NCBI GenBank assembly: GCA_038845265.1
Contig: JAWBQR010000009.1
Span: 1 to 55,890, forward strand
Direction of reading: 5' to 3'
From: Nitrososphaerota archaeon
GTDB taxonomy: Archaea > Thermoproteota > Nitrososphaeria_A > Caldarchaeales > Calditenuaceae
Length of the DNA stretch: 55,890 bases
Shown: one piece after another, positions 27,795 through 36,570 of the stretch
Numbering within the stretch: the first letter of the stretch is position 1
Layout of the letters: the number at the start of each line of letters is the position of its first letter
Program-made: the position numbers and the translations under genes
Notes under the pieces: model-generated
Databases searched by the model: none
The model's input: only the letters and a program-made list of their open reading frames with translations
What the model was told of the DNA's origin: nothing

Positions 27795-29070
27795 CAGAGA
27801 GAATATAGAGGAAATAATTGCAGAGATTAGAAGAAAAATACAGATAAGTGAAGATATCTACAACACTGTTAATCAAATAATTAATGACGTCAGGATAAAT
27901 GGTGATGAAGCACTCATTAGACTTTCTAAGTCCCTAGATGGCATTGAAATCGTGCCTGAAGAAATTATCATCAATCGAGAAGCGTTAAGGGAAGCTCTAG
28001 GCAAAGTTGATGCAAAACTTATCTCGGCATTAAAGAAGCTGAGGAAAAATATCGAGAGAGTTGAGCGCTGTAGGCTTAGAGCTCTAAGCCAAGGGGTCAA
28101 GTTTCGAGACGGATACGCAGTGCGGCTCTCGTGGAAACCAATCGAGGCAGTTGGTTGCTATGCCCCCGGCGGGAGGGCTACTTACCTAAGCACGATACTC
28201 ATGACAGGTGTTCCCGGAAAGGTTGCAGGAGTTCCTAGAATGGTTCTAGCAACACCCCCAAAGAAGAATAGGGATGATGAGTACGGGGTCATGGCTGCAG
28301 CATATATTGCTGGCTTCGACGAATTATTATGGATTGGTGGAGCCCAAGCGATCGCTGCACTTGCTTATGGTACTCAAAGAATAAGGCCTGTCAGGAAGAT
28401 TTTGGGGCCAGGCAATAGATATGTCGTAGCAGCAAAACAGATTGTTCAGAGAGATATTGATGTTGACTTTCCGGCTGGCCCTACGGAGCTAGTCGTGATT
28501 GTAGATGAGACAAGCGACTTTAAAACTGTAGCCTATGACATGGCGGCACAGGCAGAGCACGGTCAAGACAGCATGACTCTTGCCATCACATTATCAGAAA
28601 TTGCTGGAGAAAAATTGTTCAGAATGCTTGAAGAGTTATCAAACATTTTAGACTCAGAGACAGCGAGAAAATCGCTCCAATCAAACAGCTACGTAATCAT
28701 TGCAGATGATTTAGAAACGTTATGCAAACTTGTAGACAAAATCGCTCCCGAGCACTTGGTAATCTCTGCAAAAAGCAGTCGCAAAATATTAAGACAGATC
28801 AGTAATGCTGGGGTAGTTACCGTCGGGAAAAATTTGCCGAGCGTTTTTATTGATTATTATTCAGGGACTAGTCACGTCTTGCCGACGGGAGGGTACGCCG
28901 CGACCTTCAGCGGCTTAACAGTGCTGGACTACGTCAGGACGATAAGCATCGTCTCAGGAAGCAAAAAATCTGTAGTAAATGCAAGGAGGATCATGGAGCC
29001 ATTGATAATTTCTGAGGGTTTAAACCTTCACCTCCAGGTGTTAAGGGTTGCTGCTGGTGATTTAAACTGA
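27772..29070 (+). CDS. hisD: Histidinol dehydrogenase
   Basis: GGAQAIAALAYGT, GPGN, AGPTE, QAEH, PEHL, SHVLPT. Confidence 0.95.
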   Translation: MVKLIRANRENIEEIIAEIRRKIQISEDIYNTVNQIINDVRINGDEALIRLSKSLDGIEIVPEEIIINREALREALGKVDAKLISALKKLRKNIERVERCRLRALSQGVKFRDGYAVRLSWKPIEAVGCYAPGGRATYLSTILMTGVPGKVAGVPRMVLATPPKKNRDDEYGVMAAAYIAGFDELLWIGGAQAIAALAYGTQRIRPVRKILGPGNRYVVAAKQIVQRDIDVDFPAGPTELVVIVDETSDFKTVAYDMAAQAEHGQDSMTLAITLSEIAGEKLFRMLEELSNILDSETARKSLQSNSYVIIADDLETLCKLVDKIAPEHLVISAKSSRKILRQISNAGVVTVGKNLPSVFIDYYSGTSHVLPTGGYAATFSGLTVLDYVRTISIVSGSKKSVVNARRIMEPLIISEGLNLHLQVLRVAAGDLN

Positions 29071-29108
29071 AGCGCGAGTACTATAAACTTGGGGCAGGAG
29101 AGGAATTA

Positions 29109-30257
29109 ATGGTTGCGCGAGACGCGCTAGAAAGCTTAAGGAGCATCGAGGCAGTAATCTTTGATTGTGATGGAGTATTAGTAGATACGAGGGGGTCTTA
29201 TGATAAGGCAATTGTATTAACGGTCGACCAATTGTTATCTAGGATGTTGCATGTTGAGTTTCTCGGAAAGCCTGTTGGGACCGAAGAGATAAGATTATTG
29301 AGGGGTACAGGTGGATTCAATAACGATGCGTATACCGCATACATACTTACTCTCTGGTTATTCATTAATCTTCCAGAGGATGTTTTGCTGGGACTCAGAG
29401 AGGTATTTTCAAAGATTAGAGAATTGAGGGTTAGACAGCGTCCGGACGAGTTATTCCAACAAATCTCAAAAGACGCCTTGTCTACTCATGGATATTTACC
29501 AATCATTATTGAGGAGATACAGTACTCGATACCAGAAGTGGTCGGCATGTCCCGTCAAGGTTCTTCAAATATCACTACCTCAGATATGATAGAACAAAGG
29601 CTCGCTGATATAGCGGCACAGAGAGGATTCTTAGACGTGTACAGGATTTTTAAGGATATCTTGGGCATGCCTGGAGAATATGGCAGCGGCTTGATCGAGA
29701 CGATATTCTCAGATCTTTATTATGGTGAGAATGTTGTCTCAAGAATTCATGGAGATGGGCCATACTTCAAGTTTGGAGAGGGTCTCTATACGAACGAGAG
29801 AGTATTCATTAGCGAGGATACGCTCAAGCATCTTACATCAAGGCTTGGACGTACATATATCTCAATAGTTACCGGACGAGATAGGGTGGTCTCAGAGATT
29901 GTTCTGGGCGAGCTCGTCGAGTATTTTAACATGAATGCATCTGTCTTCATCGCTGATGAGTTAAAGAAGGGAGTTTCCGATAAGATAGAGAAGCCTAGCC
30001 CCTATGGCCTAATCAAATCTGCCTCATTGATGGGGCCTGTCACGAAGGTAGCATATGTCGGAAACTCTGTGGAAGACATCATGATGGCTAGGAATGCGGC
30101 TCAGTTTGGTCTGAAGACACTCTTCATAGGCGTGACAGGCCTCTCCCCTAGTCCTGCACTTGATAGAGACCTCTTCATTTCAATGGGTGCAGATGCGATC
30201 ATCGAGAAGCCTGATGCATTGTTAGATATCTTAGGCGAGGTGAAGAGAAGGTTTTGA
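29109..30257 (+). CDS. HAD-superfamily hydrolase, candidate histidinol-phosphatase
   Basis: FDCDGVLVD, GGFNND, VTGR, KP, VGNSVED; located between hisD and hisB; possible upstream CTG start at 29067. Confidence 0.75.
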   Translation: MVARDALESLRSIEAVIFDCDGVLVDTRGSYDKAIVLTVDQLLSRMLHVEFLGKPVGTEEIRLLRGTGGFNNDAYTAYILTLWLFINLPEDVLLGLREVFSKIRELRVRQRPDELFQQISKDALSTHGYLPIIIEEIQYSIPEVVGMSRQGSSNITTSDMIEQRLADIAAQRGFLDVYRIFKDILGMPGEYGSGLIETIFSDLYYGENVVSRIHGDGPYFKFGEGLYTNERVFISEDTLKHLTSRLGRTYISIVTGRDRVVSEIVLGELVEYFNMNASVFIADELKKGVSDKIEKPSPYGLIKSASLMGPVTKVAYVGNSVEDIMMARNAAQFGLKTLFIGVTGLSPSPALDRDLFISMGADAIIEKPDALLDILGEVKRRF

Positions 30258-30829
30258 GGACAGCAACGATCAATAGGAAGACAAACGAGACAGAAATTGA
30301 GGTCCATTTAAATATTGATGGAGAGGGTTCCTTCATTGGGTCAACGGGGATAAAATTTTTAGATCATCTTCTGTCTCTATTTGCCTATCATAGTTTGTCG
30401 AACATTACTGTCAGGGCTTTATGGGATCTTACGCATCATGGTGTTGAAGACGTGGCGATTACTCTCGGAAATGCGATTGGTAAGGCATTGGGGACGAGGG
30501 GCTCGATTAAACGTTTTGGGTACGCAATTATCCCTATGGATGAGGCCCTAGCTGAGGCCTCCGTCGACCTAATTTCTCGTAGTCATTCAGCGATACAGCT
30601 TCAGCTACAGGGAAGAGATGTTGAAGGCATGAAGGCAGAGGATATAAACCACTTTTTCGCAACTTTAGCCTCATCGATACCTGCAGTAATTCATATACAC
30701 GTCAAGTACGGTTTAAATGATCATCACAAGGTTGAGGCAGCGGTCAAGGCGCTTGCAGTGGCCTTAAGGGAGGCATGGCGGATCGATCCAGAGAGAAGAG
30801 GCTCATCAAGTTCTAAGGGCGTGATGTAG
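30254..30829 (+). CDS. hisB: Imidazoleglycerol-phosphate dehydratase
   Basis: RKTNET, FLDHLL, HHGVED, PMDE, NDHHKVE, SSKG. Confidence 0.95.
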   Translation: MRTATINRKTNETEIEVHLNIDGEGSFIGSTGIKFLDHLLSLFAYHSLSNITVRALWDLTHHGVEDVAITLGNAIGKALGTRGSIKRFGYAIIPMDEALAEASVDLISRSHSAIQLQLQGRDVEGMKAEDINHFFATLASSIPAVIHIHVKYGLNDHHKVEAAVKALAVALREAWRIDPERRGSSSSKGVM

Positions 30830-30831
30830 CC

Positions 30832-31431
30832 TTGAAGATAGGTATTCTTAATTACGGTATAGGGAATCTATACAGTTTGACCAATGCCTTTAGAAGACTC
30901 GGTGTATACGTCGAGATATTTACAGACCTGTCAAGATCTGAGATCGATGGATTAGTACTGCCTGGTGTTGGGAATTTCGAAGCAGCTGCGAGAAATATAT
31001 CATTGATGAGGGAGGAAATCATTGAGGTCTTTAATTCATCAATGCCGATCCTCGGGATATGCCTTGGGATGCAGCTATTTTTTGAGAGAAGCGAGGAGGG
31101 TGCTGGAAGTGGACTAGGAGTTTTCAGCGGCGAGGTGGTAAGGTTTAGGATAGATGGTAAACTTCCACACATAGGGTGGAACACGTTGAGCAAGGTTAAA
31201 GATTCACCGATACTTGAGAATGTGAATGATGGCGAGTGGGTGTATTATGTTCATTCATACTATGCTATACCACGAGACAGAAACATAGTGTTAGCCGAGA
31301 CAAATTACGGTGTAAACTTCCCATCAGTGGTTGGCAGTTCGTCAAAATTTGGAACACAGTTCCATCCAGAAAAATCAAGCACTACAGGACAAAAAATCTT
31401 AAAGAACTTTCTGAACATTTGTAAAAAATGA
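30832..31431 (+). CDS. hisH: Imidazole glycerol phosphate synthase glutaminase subunit
   Basis: PGVG, GICLGMQ, PHIGWN, QFHPEKS. Confidence 0.95.
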   Translation: MKIGILNYGIGNLYSLTNAFRRLGVYVEIFTDLSRSEIDGLVLPGVGNFEAAARNISLMREEIIEVFNSSMPILGICLGMQLFFERSEEGAGSGLGVFSGEVVRFRIDGKLPHIGWNTLSKVKDSPILENVNDGEWVYYVHSYYAIPRDRNIVLAETNYGVNFPSVVGSSSKFGTQFHPEKSSTTGQKILKNFLNICKK

Positions 31432-31452
31432 AAATGCACGTATATACGAACC

Positions 31453-32256
31453 ATGGTGAAACTTCACCAGACAAGACTAGCTTCATCGTTAAATTATACC
31501 TCGCCATATGACTACTTCGGATTGGAGGTCTGGGGTTCTATAGATCTACTCGGCGGGAAGGTTGTTAGACTGGTTAAGGGAGACCCCACAAGTACGATTG
31601 TATACTCAAATAATCCAGTCCACGTGGCCAGAAAATTATCCTCGATCGGGCTTGACGGGTTACACATCGTCGATATAGACGCTGCGCTTGGCCGGGGCAG
31701 AAACATAGAGATAATCAAGACAATAATTGAGAACGTGAACATAAAGACACAAGTCGGTGGAGGCATTAGAACAGTAGAAATGGCCACATCTCTACTTGAA
31801 ATGGGAGTCAGTAGGATAGTGATCGGAACCGCTCTCTTCACAAATCAACAATTAATTAAGGATATTCTAGGCAGCTATGATTCTGAGAAAGTTGTAGCTG
31901 CGCTCGACTATGGTAAGGGCGGAGTAGTCTATAAGGGCTGGAGCCTTATCGCACATATGACCCTGGAAGAAGGCTACAACATGGTTAAAGAATTATCGAT
32001 CAAATATGTTTTAGCAACTGCGGTTGAGCGTGACGGCACGATGATGGGCCCAGACCTTGAATTGCTATCAAAACTCAGTCCAGAAGATAGGGCGATTACG
32101 TATGCAAGTGGTGGGATATCTACTCCTCAAGAGGTTTCGGAACTTGCTAAGCTGAATTTTAAGGGCATAATCTTAGGTAGAGCACTTTACGAAGGCTTAG
32201 TTCCTCCAGGCGACCTAGTAAAGGCGGCGAGGCAGGGAGAGGTTGCCTCTGGCTAA
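31453..32256 (+). CDS. hisA: ProFAR isomerase
   Basis: IDLLGGKVVRL, HIVDID, QVGGGIR, RDGT..GPD, ASGG; true start may be TTG 31522. Confidence 0.92.
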   Translation: MVKLHQTRLASSLNYTSPYDYFGLEVWGSIDLLGGKVVRLVKGDPTSTIVYSNNPVHVARKLSSIGLDGLHIVDIDAALGRGRNIEIIKTIIENVNIKTQVGGGIRTVEMATSLLEMGVSRIVIGTALFTNQQLIKDILGSYDSEKVVAALDYGKGGVVYKGWSLIAHMTLEEGYNMVKELSIKYVLATAVERDGTMMGPDLELLSKLSPEDRAITYASGGISTPQEVSELAKLNFKGIILGRALYEGLVPPGDLVKAARQGEVASG

Positions 32257-33013
32257 GCGTATTATTCCCTGTCTCGATGTAGATATGGGTAGAGTTGTTA
32301 AGGGTGTATCTTTTAGGAATTTAAAGAGTGCTGGAGACCCAGTCGAATTGGCTTCCTACTACTCGGCTCAGGGAGCTGACGAGCTTGTCTTTCTGGATAT
32401 TTCAGCATCTCTTGAAGGCCGAGAAACACTAGTCGAGGTTGCTAGAAGAGTTGCGTCAGTCATAGATATTCCATTTACCGTCGGTGGCGGAATCAGAAAT
32501 CTCGAGGATGCATACAAACTACTCGCGAATGGTGCTGATAAAGTATCGCTAAATACCGCGGCTATTCAGAATCCAAAAATAATAAGTGTGATTTCAAAAA
32601 CTTTTGGAGATCAATGTGTAGTTTTAGCGATAGATGCAAAAAGAGAATATGAAGGGAAAGAGGTTATCTATCGTGTATATAGTCACAGCGCTACTAGGCC
32701 GACCCCACTCAAGGCCGAGGAGTGGGCGAAAGAGGGTGAGAGGTTGGGAGCGGGTGAAATACTCCTCACGTCGATTGACAAGGATGGTAGAAGAGAAGGA
32801 TACGATATAGAGCTACTAAAAAGAGTTACAGGCGCGGTTAATTTGCCAGTCATTGCTAGTGGCGGGGCAGGAAAGCTTGAACACTTCTATCAAGCTATAA
32901 TTGAGGGCGGAGCAGATGCAGTACTAGCCGCATCGATATTTCACTATGGAATCTATACTATTAGAGAGGTAAAGGAGTACTTATCGAGTAGGGGTGTGCC
33001 TGTCAGAATATGA
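32243..33013 (+). CDS. hisF: Imidazole glycerol phosphate synthase cyclase subunit
   Basis: [38 protein letters not shown]. Confidence 0.96.
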   Translation: MPLAKRIIPCLDVDMGRVVKGVSFRNLKSAGDPVELASYYSAQGADELVFLDISASLEGRETLVEVARRVASVIDIPFTVGGGIRNLEDAYKLLANGADKVSLNTAAIQNPKIISVISKTFGDQCVVLAIDAKREYEGKEVIYRVYSHSATRPTPLKAEEWAKEGERLGAGEILLTSIDKDGRREGYDIELLKRVTGAVNLPVIASGGAGKLEHFYQAIIEGGADAVLAASIFHYGIYTIREVKEYLSSRGVPVRI

Positions 33014-33351
33014 CCATTAGGGATGAGCTCTCTGTCGAGGATCTTGAGTTCGCCCGTCTTGGTGGTCTTATCGTTGTGGTCGTGCAGGACGCCATGACAA
33101 AGGACGTCTTAATGGTGGCATTCGCGAATAAGGAGGCGATATTAAGAACCATGAAGGAAAAAATAGCCTATTTTTGGAGTAGATCGAGAAATAAGCTTTG
33201 GATGAAGGGCGAGACTTCAGGAAATATCCTGCAGGTCGAAAAAATTTTGGTCGATTGCGATGCTGACTCAGTAATCTACCTAGTCAAGCCGAGAGGACCG
33301 GCCTGTCATACTGGGAAGACATCTTGCTTCTACAGGACACTTAGAGAATAA
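33010..33351 (+). CDS. hisI: Phosphoribosyl-AMP cyclohydrolase (monofunctional)
   Basis: WSRSR..LW.KGETSG, DCDAD, ACHTG..SCF; 113 aa, no HisE domain. Confidence 0.95.
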   Translation: MTIRDELSVEDLEFARLGGLIVVVVQDAMTKDVLMVAFANKEAILRTMKEKIAYFWSRSRNKLWMKGETSGNILQVEKILVDCDADSVIYLVKPRGPACHTGKTSCFYRTLRE

Positions 33352-33414
33352 TTCGTCTATGATAAATTAAATTAAGTAAATATAGACCCTGTACTTATCA
33401 TTAACCGAAGAAAC

Positions 33415-33840
33415 TTGGGTAGACCAGTAGATTATAAGTCTGCTCCTATAGATCCTGACTTTAAAAGCAAATTACCAAAGACAGGAGAACATAATGGACA
33501 TGCTGTGTGGGGGGAAGGTGTTCAGAGACCTGACGCCGAGGGTAAGCCATATCCTACAAAGCTCGGGATTCATGGCACGAACGTAGCAGTTGACTGGGAC
33601 TCATGCATTGCTGATGGCGCATGCATGGATGTATGCCCAGTAAGCGTATATGAATGGGCATTAAACCCAGGCAATTCAGGCTCAGGCAAAGACAGAGTAA
33701 TAGATCCGAACAAGGATAAAGAACTCTGGGAAAAGTATAGGACGGATAAGAGTGACCCTGTCAGAGAGTCTGACTGCATATTTTGTATGGCATGCGAGTC
33801 AGCCTGCCCGGTCCTCGCAATAAAAATCACGCCACCGTAA
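33415..33840 (+). CDS. zfx: Zinc-containing dicluster (7Fe-type) ferredoxin
   Basis: GEHNGH..., LGIHGT.VAVD, CIADGAC...CP and CIFCMAC...CP as in Sulfolobales Zn-ferredoxin. Confidence 0.85.
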   Translation: MGRPVDYKSAPIDPDFKSKLPKTGEHNGHAVWGEGVQRPDAEGKPYPTKLGIHGTNVAVDWDSCIADGACMDVCPVSVYEWALNPGNSGSGKDRVIDPNKDKELWEKYRTDKSDPVRESDCIFCMACESACPVLAIKITPP

Positions 33841-33925
33841 ATCGTGTATAGATAAAGCATTTTTTTGATGTTTTAATTATCACGAACTGTTATGATTAAA
33901 TATTGATTCACCTCATTGTATCTGC

Positions 33926-34210
33926 ATGAATATTGCGTATGCCCAGAAATTGATAGATGAGATGTATGGCGGTAGAGATAGAGCAAGAGGATTGGATAAG
34001 ACGGCTCTCTGGCTGGTTTCAGAGATGGGTGAAGTGGCAGACTCTCTGGTGAAGAATGACTTAGAATCTCTAAGAGAAGAAGTCTCAGACGTCTTAGCTT
34101 GGCTGTTAACCCTATGCAATGTATCAGGAATAGACCTAGAAACAGAATTTAAAAGAAAATATGGTAATGGCTGTCCTAGATGTAGGAATGTTCCATGTCG
34201 CTGTCCTTAG
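33926..34210 (+). CDS. MazG-like nucleotide pyrophosphohydrolase
   Basis: SEMGEVAD...EEVSD acidic metal motif; C-terminal CPRC...CRC. Confidence 0.85.
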   Translation: MNIAYAQKLIDEMYGGRDRARGLDKTALWLVSEMGEVADSLVKNDLESLREEVSDVLAWLLTLCNVSGIDLETEFKRKYGNGCPRCRNVPCRCP

Positions 34211-34375
34211 CTACTCTTTTGATCGTCGCTTCACTATTCTTATTCTACAGAGGAGATAGTCTCCGTCCCGGATCTCGAATATCTTCCGAATCTCTTCGGG
34301 AATCGTTATTCTTCCGCCTGCAGTTACCTCAGCGAAGAACGGTATGTCTTCCTCCTTGATTGTTACCTCTCCCAT
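34211..34375 (-). CDS. AbrB/MazE/SpoVT-family DNA-binding protein (54 aa, below ORF-track cutoff)
   Basis: Manual translation MGEVTIKEEDIPFFAEVTAGGRITIPEEIRKIFEIRDGDYLLCRIRIVKRRSKE; GRITIP..IR....I..GD signature. Confidence 0.85.
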   Translation of the reverse strand: MGEVTIKEEDIPFFAEVTAGGRITIPEEIRKIFEIRDGDYLLCRIRIVKRRSKE

Positions 34376-34422
34376 ATCTTTACTTACATTGAAATTTTAC
34401 TCAAGCTCTATTTTAAACTATT

Positions 34423-35394
34423 CTACCCTACGACTTCGACTCCAGGTCCGACACTCGACTCGATGCCCCAAAGACCCTCCTCACTCAGGGCTTTACTAAC
34501 TTCTTGAACCCACTCAGGCAATGTATTCACATATACTGTCGGGCCTGTCTGCATTGAATAATATGCTGGTATTCCCTCGCTTCTAAGCTTCTTAACGACA
34601 TTTATAACTTTCAAGCTCTCCGCATTCATAAGTATCAACCTGCCATGACCTGTCATCGTGACTGCATGGAGCTCGAGTGAGTCCAGCTCGACGAGCTCTC
34701 CAAACCTCTTGAAGTCGTTATCCTTTATCGCCTTAACTAGCTCGTCGCATCTTTTCTGAGCTGACTCAATACGGGCCCTAAAAAATGAGGATGTCTCAGC
34801 CTCTCTGTGTGCCTCCTCGGTTGAAGTCTTCATGAATAGGGGAACGATTATGAACCTAATATCGAAGTCCTTTTTAGTCGCAATCTTTACTGCGTAGCTA
34901 TCCTCATCGCTGTTTCCAGCATACCATCTTGCATACTCTCCAATTACTGATCTGCACGCTGAACCCGCTAAAAGCCTCGCGAGTCTCGAGATTAGTTTTA
35001 GGTCCCATCCAAACTTTTTTCTTAGTCCTGCAGCTTCATATGCTGCTGCAGCCAGGGCCGCTCCCGCCGCTGCCGAAAAGCCAAGTCCCTTCGCGTTCCT
35101 GATAGGTGAGTGATTAACTGAGTTTATCAAGCAGCAGTCGTTAATCCCCGCGAGTCTTCTAACCCTCTCTATCACTGTTATTACTCTCTCGAGCGCTCTG
35201 CCCCGTACCTCTTCTCCATTTATTAATAGTTTATCTGTCTCGAAGTCTCCGAACTCTACCGTAGTCGTCGTGTAGAGGCAGTCAGTATTGACTGATATGC
35301 TGTCATGGTAAGGTATTCTTAATTCCCAGTTTTTTAGTCCATGATACTTGATCAGTGCCTGCATCGTATATGCCTTCGCCGTCGCCTTACTCAC
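34423..35394 (-). CDS. GHMP-family mevalonate-phosphate decarboxylase homologue (haloarchaea/Chloroflexi PMD-like)
   Basis: KATAKA..QALIKYHG, PYHDSISV, GSACRS, DSL....TMTG, TGPTVYVNT; GTG start at 35394 preferred over 35433. Confidence 0.82.
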   Translation of the reverse strand: MSKATAKAYTMQALIKYHGLKNWELRIPYHDSISVNTDCLYTTTTVEFGDFETDKLLINGEEVRGRALERVITVIERVRRLAGINDCCLINSVNHSPIRNAKGLGFSAAAGAALAAAAYEAAGLRKKFGWDLKLISRLARLLAGSACRSVIGEYARWYAGNSDEDSYAVKIATKKDFDIRFIIVPLFMKTSTEEAHREAETSSFFRARIESAQKRCDELVKAIKDNDFKRFGELVELDSLELHAVTMTGHGRLILMNAESLKVINVVKKLRSEGIPAYYSMQTGPTVYVNTLPEWVQEVSKALSEEGLWGIESSVGPGVEVVG

Positions 35395-35476
35395 ATAATT
35401 ACCCAACCAAAGGCTTAATTTATTGATATGCAAGCCATGAAAAACACATATTACTGAATCTCACCTTCGAATCGCG

Positions 35477-35860
35477 ATGAGCAAGGATCCTGCCAGGATT
35501 TACTTCTCCCCTAAGATGACTGAACGTGAGAGAGCGGTTTTTGAGGCTGGGATTGCCCTCTCAACAATATTTAATCTGCTCCATGGAATGCCAGTTCCGA
35601 GGGATAGGAAGGCTGCCAGAATTCTTGAGAGGGCGATGGAAGAGGTAATTAAAACTCAGCCATATAGGAGAGAAGTAAGAATCAAGATACGTCACAGGGT
35701 TAGGAGGGGAGTCTATGGCTACGATGTCGCGAGAGGAGAGAATATCTACGCATCAGTCAAGGTTAAGTATGGCTCAGCAGAGGTTACCGGAGAGCTACGC
35801 TGGATAAAACGCTTACGCTATCCCCTGATGTATATTAAAGAAATTAAAAACAAGTATTAG
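35477..35860 (+). CDS. mptD: Archaeal dihydroneopterin aldolase family protein (MptD-like)
   Basis: TERERAVFEAGI, G.PV, LE.A.E....QP, C-terminal YPLMY. Confidence 0.75.
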   Translation: MSKDPARIYFSPKMTERERAVFEAGIALSTIFNLLHGMPVPRDRKAARILERAMEEVIKTQPYRREVRIKIRHRVRRGVYGYDVARGENIYASVKVKYGSAEVTGELRWIKRLRYPLMYIKEIKNKY

Positions 35861-35901
35861 TAGCGAATTGGTATTGTTCTTCTTTTTGGAATGCTCCTGC
35901 T

Positions 35902-36531
35902 ATGAGTATCAGTAGAGATTGTGTACTAGGTGTGGATCTGGCGGGGAGTGATAGGCGTCCGACAGGCATGTGCCTATTGTACAGGGACTATGCCTGCAGG
36001 TGCTGGATCGTTTATAGAGATGTGGATATAATACTCGCAGCTTTGGCTTATTTGCCGCGCGTAATCGCCATAGATGCTCCTCTCACCCTTCCTAGGGGTA
36101 GAAAGAGTCTGACGACTCGTGAGCCAATTCACTTTAGGAGCTGTGATTTAGAATTAAGGAGAAGAGGTATTAGATTCTTCCCAATAACGCTTGGACCGAT
36201 GAGAACATTGACTGCTAGAGGAATGCTGCTAAAGAAAGAATTGGAAGAGCTAGGATTCAACGTGATCGAGGTTTATCCGGGAGGGGCGCAAGACGTGTGG
36301 GGGCTTCCAAGAAAATCAAAAGATCTAAATATGCTCATCGATGGATTAAGATCTCTTGGGCTCAGAGGATTAAGGATGGATATGACCGGAGACGAGGCTG
36401 ATGCCGCAACATGTGCACTTGTCGGGCTTCTATACATTGACAAAAGATACGAGGCACTTGGAGACGTGGATGAAGGACAGATAATAATGCCTCTTCCTAT
36501 ATGCAATAAATCAGATAAACGATGCCTCTAG
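35902..36531 (+). CDS. DUF429 family protein (RNase H-like fold)
   Basis: GVDLAG, IAIDAPL, R.CD.EL, IEVYP, DA..CA. Confidence 0.78.
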   Translation: MSISRDCVLGVDLAGSDRRPTGMCLLYRDYACRCWIVYRDVDIILAALAYLPRVIAIDAPLTLPRGRKSLTTREPIHFRSCDLELRRRGIRFFPITLGPMRTLTARGMLLKKELEELGFNVIEVYPGGAQDVWGLPRKSKDLNMLIDGLRSLGLRGLRMDMTGDEADAATCALVGLLYIDKRYEALGDVDEGQIIMPLPICNKSDKRCL

Positions 36532-36570
36532 TCTAAATATCAGCATCATTATTTAACCTAAGATTCAGAA

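Noticed and set aside
33926-34375. mazEFG-like toxin-antitoxin locus
   Set aside because: The genes are convergent, there is no MazF/VapC toxin, and the AbrB protein lacks an antitoxin tail
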